Below are positions 38,495-50,575 of a stretch of DNA of 64,000 bases, piece by piece. Position 1 is the first letter of the stretch, and the number at the start of each line of letters is the position of its first letter. Origin of the DNA: Paraphysomonas bandaiensis (lineage: Eukaryota > Protista > Chrysophyceae); NCBI GenBank assembly GCA_965644295.1, contig CBFFRP010000034.1, forward strand, positions 39,476 to 103,475, read 5' to 3'. The translations under genes and the position numbers were made by a program. Under the pieces are notes generated by a model. The model saw nothing but the letters and a program-made list of their open reading frames with translations, had not been told where the DNA came from and did not search any database.

Positions 38495-40133
38495 CTATGT
38501 TAAAGTCATTCCTCCACCCTTCATAGCAGCGGCGCTCCATTCTTTGTCATACACTTTCTCAAATCCCGAGACACTTTCATTTTTATCTATTACTACGGCA
38601 CAAGTATCTTCCCATAAAGCGGAAATGAGGCCTCTCAATCTATTTCCAGTTTGCTTGACGTCGGGGCCGGGGTTAACCTCCAAAAGTGTCACTCCAAAGG
38701 CATCATCAACCATGAAGTCCAATCCAAATAATTCAAAACAATTTTCCATTGGACTGAAGACAGTATATTCACTCTCGTAGGCAGCAAATACTTCCCTGCA
38801 CAGACAAAGCGAATAATTAAAGAATCGATATTAGTTCAGAACGCACCCAGTAATCTCATTTATATCACTTCGAATCTTTCGTACAACCTCTTCAGCTGAA
38901 ATATGGTGTAGCTTTTCGGAATGCTCTGCTTGAATACGGGCTGCAAGATCGCCAAACAACTGAAAATTCACGCATGACAATAGCTATGAAACAATGAAAT
39001 AATTCCCACCAATACGAATTTCTCTTCGTCAAAAGTTTCGTCTTCTATTCCTCGTGCTGTATTCGTGAGATGAGAAAGACAGTCTTCCAAATCCGCTTCG
39101 TTGTATCTGTGAATATATTATCTAATAAGAATAAATGTTGAAGCGTCGTACTGATGGGGTCATACCTATGAGCAGCTAAAAGGGCGAGCATGTGCTGATA
39201 TACAAACACCTGGAGTGCACCAACACAGAGAACGTATACACGCAGATGAAATTTGTGGCCGCCTATAGTAAGGGGGTTGGTAATATACCTGAAAAGTCAA
39301 ATGCAAATATGAGACAAAACATGAGCAGTAAGTTTTATTTCAATAGAAATACCACGAAATACTGTGACATGGCCCTTTGCAATACCCACCTTTGCAATAC
39401 CCACTCTCGAATATCTGGGCTCTCTTCGAGGGCATCCAGAAGCTCATCACATCCCTCAATTACTGAAATATTAGTGCCTTTATTCGTAACCGAAGGTTTC
39501 AAAATCCATAACCAGTCTAAACGATCTGAGTGAGTGATTTCTTCAACTGCATCCTCTAGACACCACTGCAGGCGCTGGCGTAGAGAGGCTTGCCTCAATG
39601 AACCACCAAATGCATCCAAACTTGCAGTCACACCAACTCCTAGGTCAAGCTTCATTTCTTCAAAGGCACCCCATGTCTCTAATATCAATGTAAAAGGGAT
39701 GGCTGACTTGATTATACTCGTAGGATGCTTTGAAACGTATCTTTTCATCTGAAGAGCTGCGGACAACAGTAATGAGCACTTAATCGTAACAGTTAGAAAA
39801 AATCAACACATACTTACCAAATTGCGCTTTCCGTGAAAGTCCTTTACGCACAATATAGGACGATGCCTTGTGCTTTCCTTGAAGCACTGGCTCCCACTCG
39901 ATATTCTCAAAATCCGATATTTGAACAATCTCGTCACCACTGGATGCAAGTTCGTCAACAACAGTACACCACGGACGACGAAAAATAGCTTGATTTATAA
40001 CATCAGCAGCATAATAGCAGTTCATATCAAGAAATATGGCAGCGGAATTGTGTTTAGTAGTATCAGTTTCATAACACGAAAATTTGGCTGTTTTTGTTTC
40101 TTTAAATCGAGGCGACAACACACTGTCGAACAT
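38495..40133 (-). CDS. Tubulin-tyrosine ligase family protein, multi-exon
   Basis: SSYIVRKGLSRKAQ, WILKPSVTNKG, WVLQR|YITNPLTIGGHKFHLRVYVL, SHLTNTA, NCFELFGLDFMVD...LLEVNPGPD. Confidence 0.9.
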
Positions 40134-40411
40134 TTTCTATACTAGAGGTGCTTAGACTCACAAATTCCGTGTGAAATATGTAGCAAATGCTCTATTGTGT
40201 TGAGAAGATAAGATAAATTTGGTGTGGAATATAAACTATGAATTTGACGTTATAATCTGATGGATACATACATACAGGCAGATGGAATGGTGGCAAATGA
40301 GCCGCTAGCTTCCAATGATATATATGGAATATGTTTTGATTGGTGAGGAGGCATCCAGTGGGGAGTATAGATGTATTACTGTGTACTACGATATTGTATT
40401 CACAACAGCAG

Positions 40412-40540
40412 CGTATCAGCATCCTTTGTATATTTTTGTTCAAAGATGCCTCTAATATTGAGACAACAATTATCTGTATTACAGACGTAGTTGTATTGCA
40501 GTAATATAGAGTATATTTGCTTCAATTTATTCCCGAAAAC
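40412..40540 (+). repeat. Dispersed ~130-bp repeat family B (copy 1)
   Basis: CGTATC.GCATCCTTTGT.TATTTTTGTTC.AAGATGCCTCTAATATTGAGACAA recurs at 48613-48737 (+) and 43420-43548 (-). Confidence 0.8.
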
Positions 40541-40791
40541 ATACGAGTAGTGCACTGTACAACACACATCTGTTATATACGGCACTGTATTACAACACTA
40601 TGCCATAAACTTTACATGGAAATATCCTGCATATTATACAGCACTTCTTCGAACTGAACTTCCTCATACATACATGTATATAGTAGCATCTAACATCTAG
40701 CAACACCCATATACGCATAGCTCACTGCACTATACTTACACTGATCATATCATACAATCACACTCCTTTACAATCTATTATATTCTTTATC

Positions 40792-41808
40792 ATGTTTGCT
40801 GTGGAACCTAAACTAGATTGTCCACATTTCTATGATTCAGACAATATAATGGATCACACACACTGGGAAGGGTTTGTTCTACCCCAAACAGCTCCCTGTT
40901 CGAGTTGTGGCGATACTCAGGAGAATTGGGTGTGTCTTGGATGTCAAGGTCTTTATTGCAGCCGGTTTATTAATGGTACAACCTGTACATATATCCTGTG
41001 CTGCATGTCGTCGTATTCTCTCAATCTGATATCCAATTGATGATATAGGTCACAACCAAGAACATTTTGCGGCTACGAATCATTGTTTGGCACTATCTCT
41101 GTCTGATTTGTCGGTGTGGTGCAGTATATGTGATTCATACGTCAAGAATTCAAAGCAATATTCTGCAATGGTAACACAACACCATACTATACAGTAATGT
41201 CGTAATAGTTTACAATAATAAGGATCGAATATACTTTTTGAAATTTGGAGAGACCCCTCCTGATCAAAATATACGTGAAGCGACAAACGAATCCGAAGCA
41301 GCCCTTGCAGAACTCCTTCGCCATTTGGTATGATATTGAATGCACTTTTACGTACGCGTGAAGTGTGTTGTCATTGATAACAGGATGCGCTTCCAGTAGT
41401 AGTATATGTAGATGCGGCTGACACGTGTAGTGACATATCTTCTCATCGACCACCGGATTGCATAATATGCCACGTACGACTGTTCGATTTCATTTCGTAC
41501 GTTTACATAACTGTTTGCATAGGAACCGTTTCGACCCGATTCTAATGTGGTTATTTTTCCAAGGTAAGTAATATACTTCTAATAGGACATATCTTTGAGT
41601 GTAAAGTGCGTAGCTGCCGTCATATGTTTCACCGAACTTGTGCCATAACGTGGTTATTAAGTCAGGTATGAAAAACACTGGCGTTGTGTAATGTAGTTCC
41701 ATACCCCGATATAAACAATGTGGTTGTAATCATATTATGTAGAATCAGTGTCCAATTTGTCGGAAAGCTGTTTTAGAGGGATGGAACACATCTCGTGATG
41801 GAATTTGA
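40792..41808 (+). CDS. ZnF-UBP (HDAC6/BUZ-type) + RING-H2 protein, ~7 exons
   Basis: CPH...CSSCGDTQENWVCLGCQGLYCSRFING|HNQEHFAATNHCLALSLSDLSVWCSICDSYV is ZnF-UBP. Spliced CIICH|EPFRPDSNVVIFPS|CRHMFHRTCAITWLLSQ|NQCPICRK is RING-H2. Stop TGA ends at 41808. Confidence 0.8.
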
Positions 41809-42539
41809 TGTATATGTGGGTTGTGGGGCTTCAACGTCTTCTGCAGACGTATGTCATTGTTGATGTTCTGTGACATATCTATCAACATCGAGGATAGACA
41901 TCGTCTTCGAAGCGTACTATACTAGAATGTGTCATTTGTTTTATAGCTTCTAGTTAAATTTTTTTATTAGGGTATGTCTTAGGTGTTGTATTCTTAGGGT
42001 ATAGTTATATGCTGAGACAGTATTCGATCCCTCAAGAATATCCACCCCTCAATTCCGAATATTATTATTTATCGCCATTGGAATAATTGCTTAAACAGTT
42101 ATGTGTATTACTCAACAACTTCTCTTGTCTGTCGCCAACAATTGCTGTAAGTACACATACATTTCTACTGACGATCACGTAATAGATATCCCATGCATAT
42201 CACATTGATATACACAAGAACATTAAGCTTTTTCCCTAATACACTCTATTGGCATTGCATTGACGTTTATCTAGTCAGCTAACATACCCTCAGCTCTAGG
42301 GAGTTGATCACAAGGACAATTGTGAACTAGTATTTTCACAATGAAACACAAATTAGGCCAGAGGTATTATACTAAATACTAAACCCGGTTTCCAAGTATT
42401 GAGGTTGACGACCGATGTCAAGGAGTCAAACTTTTCGTTATTATAATAATAGCTTTCGCAATGCTAATTCGAATTTATATAATTTCCATAATAACGATTA
42501 GATACACATAAACATACTTGCGCTCGCAATGACTGGTCC

Positions 42540-43099
42540 CTTCAGAAAATGCTGATTAGGATGGGTGTGTCCTCACGTATTTCGGCTGAAATATAGGTAG
42601 AGGTCAGTTAAGAATTAGATAGATGTATTCAAAACAACAAAAAGTGAAGTAAAAAATACTAACGTGGCATCTGAATACTTCTGGTGGAGATCCTTCAATT
42701 CCTCTCTGTACTGTTTATGCTCATGGTAGTTCGACATCATTGCTGTGTGGTCATCCAAGACCCTCGCCATATCAAATTCTGCTTTGGTGGCCTTAATGAG
42801 GGCTTGGAGCACAACAACATTTCGCTTCGATCTCTCAATACGGAATTGTGTTTCAGCAAACAGATATGTCATAGAAGAGAAAGGGCAGAAAAGCCCATAT
42901 ACGCCAGAATCATCATCCTCGCCTGTACATATAAATACATACAATAAGAAATGTATATCTCTATACCACTAGCAAACTTACTGTTATCTTCTGAACGTTC
43001 ATCATCTTCCTCTTCGGTTATATTCGGACTCTTCCAAGTGTCATCTGGAGCATTATTAGTAGGAAGATCACCATTATTAAGGCTGTTCATATGGGCCAT
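42540..43099 (-). CDS. Small hypothetical protein, spliced; 3' end uncertain
   Basis: ATG at 43099, acidic exon 1, GT-AG intron ~42924-42965, helical exon 2 (FRIERSKRNVVVLQALIKATKAEF). Confidence 0.4.
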
Positions 43100-43419
43100 T
43101 ATTAGGTTGATTAATGCACATGATATAATACACTTGATGACCGATTATCTTTGAAGATAGATGGTGGTGAAATTATTGGAATATCATGTGTGTAATGTTC
43201 CTATTAATAGAGTACTATATACATATATATCTAGATATGATAAGATTGATATGAGATTTTCATTACAACATAATACCGAGTTTATAGGCTTAAAAATCCA
43301 TTATATGAATGAAACTACTCCATTTGACATAAAAATAGCGTTTTTTGCTAAAATCTAATGAATATTGTCCTCACTTCAATTCCGTGTGTATGTTACCGTA
43401 TCGGCAGTCAGCATCTTAT

Positions 43420-43548
43420 TTTTCGGAAATGTATTGAGGCAAAAATACTCTACATTACTGAGATACAATTACGGCTGGAATACACATAATTGTTGTCTCA
43501 ATATTGGAGGCATCTTTGAAAAAAAATACACAAAGGATGCTGATACGA
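43420..43548 (-). repeat. Repeat family B (copy 2, inverted)
   Basis: Reverse-complement match to 40412-40540. Confidence 0.75.
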
Positions 43549-43929
43549 CGTCGTAGTGACCAAGAAAGTCTGGACAGAAACTAGTTTATATCTATAGACT
43601 AACTAATAACTGGTTTTGCTATATACTACTAGTGGCGGGCAACTGTCTCGGGACTTCTTGTGCATCGCTGCGAGCACCATGGTGCAACCGTCCCTTGTAT
43701 TGAGGTTAGTCGGGGGTCTACCGTTGGGCAATGTGTCTGGCGGGCCTGTGCCATGGATTATGTGAGGGGTGAATGGGACGAGATGTATATGAGAGTGTAA
43801 ATCGGTGGTGGAGATAGTGCTGGTTGTTGAAGTGGGGTTTCGGCCACAAGTAAGGAGGAGTTGTTTCCGGAGTGGTTGCGCTTGCCTCTGTCGGGTTTGG
43901 ACTCATGCAGAGGGTATAATTCTTGGGGT

Positions 43930-45550
43930 GCCGTAATATAGTGGTGTGGCTGATCGTAATATCGTGATATTTTAGAGGACGTACACAATATGCATACAGT
44001 GGAACAGTATCATGCACCGTGTGGAGAGGCTTCTTCTTGTATCAGATCAGATATATGTAGACGTATATGGAAACATTGATATCATCAACAAGAAGACGAG
44101 AGAGTCGGATTGCAATTATTTGCTGTCTATTTCATTGTCACCTTATGATATTTGATTTAATGTTTATATTATCAAACTTAGAAGGTTATGAATGTCTCAA
44201 CGAATACATCTGAACAAACGATCTCCCATCTTGGAAAAGATATGGAACACCTGCAATTTGCCGCGAAAATAGAGCATCTGGAAGAAAAAGAATATTGTGA
44301 TGCTAGCAGTAAAGTTCATGGCAATTGCGATAGCTCTTGTGATCACGTTGCGGATAAGTATTCGGCTGGTAGAATTGGCTCTACTCTGACTACAGGTAGC
44401 AGTCGCGGTGTACACTTACCTACAGTCCTACTAAATTCTGAATCTAGTTGGAATATGGAAATCCGTCAACATTGTGGGACTGATAATATTGACTTTCACA
44501 GCATCTGTTCTTGCAGCAGTGAAGAATGAAGGTCATATGCTCCTGATATTTTGGGTGATTCTTGCACTGTCGGACATAATACTAGCGATATGGGAATCCG
44601 TCGAAGAAGAAACAAATCCAGAGAACCCGACAATAGAGGAAGAGGACTAGACGTAAACGACGAAACGGAAGTAGAAACTAAATCACTGACTCCGTTTGCA
44701 GACAAATTAGCGTATATCTACAAAAGTTATGATGGAAAAAAGGCGAAGAAACCGTATCCAACAAGAAAAATATCCAATATGTGGATGGCGATTTGGCCTC
44801 CTTCGATGGAAAGAATATGCGATGAAATTTCTATGGATGGATGGATGGGTTTCAGTTCATCACGTGTTGCTAAATCTTTCATCCACAAGTATTGATGTTG
44901 TAAAGGAAACCATACTGCGTACAGGTATTCCCGGTGCCGAAGCGTTTGAGGAAAAAGTATCACGAATGGGAATCCTACGAGTTTGTCATTCTCAAACTAA
45001 GAAAGTTACATTTCGGAAAGAGAATACGCATTCCAAATATGTAATATTTTGATCTTGTTGTCTATCTGGTTTCACCCTTTCCACTTACTCCTTGACCTGT
45101 GACGTTGTTGTAATACTCTAAGCTCCAAAACGGGCTTTCTCTGCTTATGGGTGTGGTGTGAGTGAGCGTACTACAAATTATAAATTACTAATCATCATTA
45201 TAGCATGTAACGTCCTGTGGTGGTGTTAGACTTGTATACCGGTTTACGAACTAGCCCAATGGGCCTGGTAAATATTAATAGCTCACTAATGGTAGTCCAG
45301 TATTCGTCAATTAATAGTTTTCATTAAATAGCAAAATTGTCCCACACCGAGGCGGTCCCTAGATAAAACTAAGCAATGTATAGATTTTTATTAAAACCCA
45401 GGCGTATTATTAGCGTGTCTGCACCAAGCAAGCTCCAGCTAGATCTATACTATACTTACATTACTACGAGTAAGCAACCTCGCCCATCTGGGGGTGAGAG
45501 GGGCCTCACCCAATGTCACGCTAGGCCTACACTAAGGCATACATTGTCAT
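43930..45550 (+). repeat. Copy 1 of a ~1.3-1.6-kb direct duplication
   Basis: Near-identical to 48780-50060 up to ~45210, then patchy identity to 50060-50375. Confidence 0.9.
44188..45121 (+). pseudogene. Disrupted paralogue of the 49040-49972 ORF
   Basis: Relative to copy 2: AGA>TGA at 44527-44529, a +4 GATG slippage near 44835-44847, and a 3-nt deletion near 44925. Confidence 0.75.
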
Positions 45551-45663
45551 CAATTGGTATATTAGGGGTATAGCGGTTTAAAAAGTGATGATACAACCAA
45601 TTATATCTATTATATCTTATTAAGCTAACAATGAGTTGGCGTATATCAGATTACGTAGGTGGG

Positions 45664-46461
45664 TTAACCAATTTCGTCATCTACAATGTAGTCATCATCG
45701 TCAAAAGCAAAATCGTCTGCTTCCCAATTGTCAAATTTATCAGGTAAATCCTCCTTTGTTTGTCCAACCAAATCAATTAGTTGATGTCTAAGATCATCGA
45801 AACTTGATCGCCATATGTATTGAGACGGATCAACATATATTTCGCATCCCTCGCATTTGAATGAAGCAAATTGATCTAGTATCTGTTGCCCAATTAGACC
45901 ATGTGTGCGTCTCGCATGAAGTTTTGTTTCAGTACGTAGTCGAACGATTTCACAATCAGCAAACTTGCTCTTTGCACACTCATTGTCCAATATCCAAGCG
46001 ATATCATCTGAACTCAATGCAAATCTAAGATGATCAACCGAGAATGTGGGTGCATCGATAATGTCCGAACATAATTTAATAGAAAAATTAGCAAACGCGC
46101 TTTTCTTTCTTACAGTCAAAGCTATTGTTGTGCCTCCAGGACTTTTTCCGCCTGAGATTTTGAAGCTGGTATCAGCCCAACTTAATATTTCTGACAAAGT
46201 TTCAAGCGAATCAATTGGAAGCAATGAACTCGAGCAACCATTATCACATACTAATCTATGTATTTGTAGTTGTCCAAAAAAGTTTTGAACACTTGGTAGA
46301 AAATATCGCCGTCGTTTATTCATCACAGAATAGAATATCACACCAAGTGGATAGTTCACAATTCTGGGTTGAGAATCAGTTGATTCAGTTCGCTTTTGCT
46401 TGTTATTCAGTTCACTCGATTTATCACAAACAGGAGCCTGTCGTTTCATGTTTACTGACAT
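45664..46461 (-). CDS. Intronless protein with retropepsin-like (aspartic protease) signature motifs
   Basis: LVCDNGCSSSLLP resembles the D[ST]G active-site motif, and HGLIGQQIL resembles the retropepsin psi-loop xLGxDxL. 265-aa ORF in the TE-rich island. Confidence 0.5.
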   Translation of the reverse strand: MSVNMKRQAPVCDKSSELNNKQKRTESTDSQPRIVNYPLGVIFYSVMNKRRRYFLPSVQNFFGQLQIHRLVCDNGCSSSLLPIDSLETLSEILSWADTSFKISGGKSPGGTTIALTVRKKSAFANFSIKLCSDIIDAPTFSVDHLRFALSSDDIAWILDNECAKSKFADCEIVRLRTETKLHARRTHGLIGQQILDQFASFKCEGCEIYVDPSQYIWRSSFDDLRHQLIDLVGQTKEDLPDKFDNWEADDFAFDDDDYIVDDEIG

Positions 46462-46516
46462 ATATTACTATCATCAGCTAACTACATGATATCATCATGA
46501 TATCTATACAAGAGGG

Positions 46517-46688
46517 CAGGTCCGCTTGGCTGTACGCGTCCGTGGTTTGCAAAAAACCTCCAGGTTTTTTCCACCGTGTCCGGACCGCTAAAAAAAGTCA
46601 GGAAAAACTTATATTGAGTCCGGACTTTCACATGCAAATCCACGTTTTTTCACAAACCACGGACGCGCCTTGGACGACCAGTGGACTG
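46517..46688. mobile_element. Palindromic MITE-like element
   Basis: Perfect 15-bp inverted repeat CGCGTCCGTGGTTTG (46535-46549)/CAAACCACGGACGCG (46653-46667), with degenerate outer arms. Confidence 0.6.
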
Positions 46689-47009
46689 ACAGAACGGTAG
46701 TACATGTATTTATGTTTATACTGTGTATGTCAAGTCCAAGAACTAACGTTTATCTCTATATGTTACTTTAAAACTGTCATAGTGGCATGAAACAAGATGA
46801 TTTCTACACTAGAAGTCGATATCTATCTACTTGACCGTCATATTCTCATCACCCCCTCCACTAATGCGATGCCTGTTCATATATATACGTGAAGGGGACT
46901 GTTAATAGTCTCACAGACCCACTCACGTACATAAGACACTAACATAGACATGTACCAGTCTATTATCTTCTGTCGTTTGCTCCATTGCATTCCGTTTATG
47001 CTTTTTCCT

Positions 47010-48520
47010 CTAGCGTCCCTTCACGTAATCGTAGAATGTCGTATATGACATTTCTCCGATGCGCATATAGATGAACGCGAATATATTCAACAAAGGAGTT
47101 CTGGATAAATCGAAGCCTTTGATTTTTTTGTAGGGTAAGATATTTCTATGAGGTTCTCCCCCCACACAGAGATCCCACAGCCTTATGGCGTGCCTTTCGG
47201 AAAACGAAAGCCCTCTGGAAATAAATGTTGGCGCCCTCCCCATAACAATGTAGCATTATCTCGTGATGTGGATTGCTCTTCTTGTGTAGGCATTCGCTCT
47301 GCATTATGTGATGTACATCTTGTTCTAATTTCTGCTAAACGTGTATCACTAGACAAGTTCCCAACATTTTCTTCCAGCGACGAAATGCTATTAGCTAGAT
47401 TCACATAGGGTGGAACACCAGTTGCATTCATTCTTGACACATCATTACGAAACACGCCAGTTAATACCTTCGATCGTAGACTTTGTAGAATACCACTTGT
47501 CCATACCCTTTGAAGAAACAAGGATGATTAGGTGAAAGTATTTCTAATTGCCAGTCATGATGGTATGCCAGCGAACAGCGAAGCAAGTACCACTCTAAAA
47601 TTTCTCAGGATAGAATGATGGGAAGCCAGGCAGAATAGCATTATTTAAAGTTTAAATTATAATATTATTAATATTATTATTTAAAATAGAGTAAAAAGGA
47701 ATAATAATAAAACTTTATTATGATACGGATAGCCTCGCTCTGTTGCACCTCTTCCTATCTATGTGTGCCTAACAGATAGTCCTGAGTAAATATCCTGCTG
47801 ATAATGCCGAAATGGAACATATTATTGGCTTCTTTAGCTTTGTGTATATATGACGCGGGAATCCATTGTTTCCCTCTTGATCACTCTTCTGTTTATCAAT
47901 ATTAATGTTCATAGCATCCTCCTCCCAAGATATGCGATCGCAAATTATACGTGCAGCAGCTACAGATCTTGCTATCGAATTCCAGCAATAAATAGGACAA
48001 ACAAATGTATAAACCAGTCCAAAGTTGTGAACCTGTTTAGCAGCATTCTCTGCAAGGAATATGTACCTACTCTTCCTTGATCATTGCAGCCTTGCCTTCT
48101 CGTGGAGGTAACAAGCCACGCTGCTTGAGGTCAGCAACCTTCCTCTTGAATCCCTTAAACATAATCTATATTTCCGGCGAAAGGTTCATTCTCTTCTTTG
48201 TGTACATATTTTTTAAGAGCACTTCGATGTTCATTAACTTGTGCAAACGAGTAATGTTGTGGAGGGTCATGGTACAGACCAGTGCGGCTGTCGATTATAA
48301 GAAGCACATAAGCCATGCACTTTTCCATTACCACGTCAGGTATTGGAAGTATTGGTGATAAATTATCATCGTTGTCTCTTTCCACGCATGCGGGTTAATT
48401 CTAATCAAGCCAACGCGAAAACGCGAACCTTTCTGTATCACTGCCTGCGGGGTACTATCCGTTAACCGCATCTGCTTCGTTTGCAGTACAATCTCATCTC
48501 TGAACTCACTTTACTCTCTA
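47010..48520 (-). mobile_element. Degraded Crypton (CryptonS-like) tyrosine-recombinase transposon
   Basis: Frameshifted minus-strand pieces: HRSALKKY, FKGFKRKVADLKQRGLLPPREGKAAM, CWNSIARS..I..DRISWEEDAM...KQKSDQEGNNGFPRHIY, LSPNHP, LWGGRQHLFPEGFRFPKG...ILPYKKIKGFDL. Motifs recognised from stramenopile Crypton recombinases; the central catalytic part appears deleted near 47640-47720. Confidence 0.7.
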
Positions 48521-48612
48521 ATAATATCCATTGTTCTTTGTTTATTTTAAGTGCATTGCTTGTCCTAAGTTTCATTGTTCTTACAGTTTATGGACATTGA
48601 TTTGTGTTGTAT

Positions 48613-48737
48613 CGTATCGGCATCCTTTGTGTATTTTTGTTCCAAGATGCCTCTAATATTGAGACAATAATTTTATGTATTCCAGCCGTAGTTGTATTGC
48701 ATTTATATAGAAGACTTTTGCTTCAATATAGTCCCGA
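48613..48737 (+). repeat. Repeat family B (copy 3)
   Basis: Direct match to 40412-40540. Confidence 0.8.
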
Positions 48738-48779
48738 TAGGTTGGTTTGAATGGCGATAGTGGCCAAACGGTAAAAAAA

Positions 48780-50375
48780 TGCCGAAATATAGTAGTATGG
48801 CTGATCGTAAAATCGTGATATTTTAGTGGACGTACACAATATGCATACAGTGGAACAGTATCACGCACCGTGTGGAGAGGCTTCTTCTTGTATCAGATCA
48901 GATATATGTAGACGTATATGGAAACATTGATATCATCAAGAAGAAGACAAGAGAGTCGGATTGCAATTATTTGCTGTCTGTTTCATTGTCACCTTATCGA
49001 TATTTGATTTAATGTTTATATTATCAAACTTAGAAGGTTATGAATGTCTCAACGAATACATCTGAACAAACGATCTCCAATCTTGTAAAAGATATGGAAC
49101 ACCTGCAATTTGCCGCGAAAATAGAGCATCTGGAAGAAAAAGAATATTGTGATACTAGCAGTAAAGTTCATGGCAATTGCGATAGCTCTTGTGATCACGT
49201 TGCGGATAAGTATTCGGCTGGTAGAATTGGCTCTACTCTGACTACAGATAGCAGTCGCGGTGTACACTTACCTACAGTCCTACCAAATTCTGAATCTAGT
49301 TGGAATATGGAAATCCGTCAACATTGTGGGACTGATAATATTGGCTTTCACAGCATCTGTTCTTGCAGTAGTGAAGAAAGAAGGTCAGATGCTCCTGATA
49401 TTTTGGGTGATTCTTGCACTGTCGGACATAATGCTAGCAATATGGGAATCCGTCGAAGAAGAAACAAATCCAGAGAACGCGACGATAGAGGAAGAGGACT
49501 TGACGGAAACGACGAAACGGAAGTAGAAAATAAATCACTGACTCCGTTTGCAGACAAATTAGCGTATATCTACAAAAGTTATGATGGAATAAAGGCGAAG
49601 AAACCGTATCCAACAAGAAAAATATCCAAAATGTGGATGGCGATTTGGCCTCCTTCGATGGAAAGAATATGCGATGAAATTTCTATGGATGGATGGGTTT
49701 CAGTTCATCACGAGTTGCTAAATCTTTCATCCACAAGTATTGATGTTGTAAAGGAAACCATACTGCGTACAGGAGATATTCCCGGTGCCGAAGCGTTTGA
49801 GGAAAAAGTATCACGAATGGGAATCCTACGAGTTTGTCATTCTCAAACTAAGAAAGTTACATTTCGGAAAGAGAATACGCATTCCAAATATGTAATATTT
49901 TGGTCTTGTTGTCTATCTGGTTTCACTCTTTCCACTTACTCCTTGTCCTGTGACGTTGTTGTAATATTCTAAGCTCCAAAACGGGCTTTCTCTGCTTATG
50001 GGTGTGGTGTGAGTGAGCGTACTACAAATTATAAATTACTAATCATCATTATAGCATGTAACTGGTTTATGAACTAGCCCAATGGGCTGGTATATAGCTC
50101 GGTCACTATTTTACATGATTTGTAAGGTACAGTTCCTTTCCTCTTGATCTTGAGCTACAGACTAAATAGTGTGCATTAAGTAGAAAAATTGTCCCACTGC
50201 GAGGGCGGGCCCCTGTAAAGTGTTAGTGTTGATTAAAGTAAGCAATGTATAGATTTTTATTAAAACCCAGGCGTATTATTTGCGTATCTGCACCAAACAA
50301 ATTACAGCTAGCCGGCTAGATCTATACTATATCATCCAAAGTCACTCTAGGCCTATACTCTATACTGAGGCATAC
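48780..50375 (+). repeat. Copy 2 of the ~1.3-1.6-kb direct duplication
   Basis: Near-identical to 43930-45210, with patchy identity beyond. Confidence 0.9.
49040..49972 (+). CDS. Hypothetical 310-aa protein (intact copy of the duplicated ORF)
   Basis: Uninterrupted ORF with a disrupted paralogue at 44188; no recognisable domain. Confidence 0.45.
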   Translation: MNVSTNTSEQTISNLVKDMEHLQFAAKIEHLEEKEYCDTSSKVHGNCDSSCDHVADKYSAGRIGSTLTTDSSRGVHLPTVLPNSESSWNMEIRQHCGTDNIGFHSICSCSSEERRSDAPDILGDSCTVGHNASNMGIRRRRNKSRERDDRGRGLDGNDETEVENKSLTPFADKLAYIYKSYDGIKAKKPYPTRKISKMWMAIWPPSMERICDEISMDGWVSVHHELLNLSSTSIDVVKETILRTGDIPGAEAFEEKVSRMGILRVCHSQTKKVTFRKENTHSKYVIFWSCCLSGFTLSTYSLSCDVVVIF

Positions 50376-50497
50376 ATGGTCAAGAGAAGATCCGTTTAAT
50401 CTTTGTTAGTGGATGGGAGGGTGAACATGGCCTTGATGACTCCGTAGTCTTAGCGCAAAATCTTGATGTTATAAGTGGTGTACCAACAAGCCTACAC

Positions 50498-50575
50498 CAG
50501 GGCCTGATAACCATTAATGGTAGTCCAGTTCCCGGCAATTATAATGGCATTACCATTAATGGCTATCAGGCCCTG
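50498..50575. mobile_element. 78-bp hAT MITE with perfect 8-bp TSD
   Basis: 25-bp TIR CAGGGCCTGATA(A/G)CCATTAATGGTA (1 mismatch); TSD GCCTACAC at 50490-50497 and 50576-50583. Confidence 0.92.
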
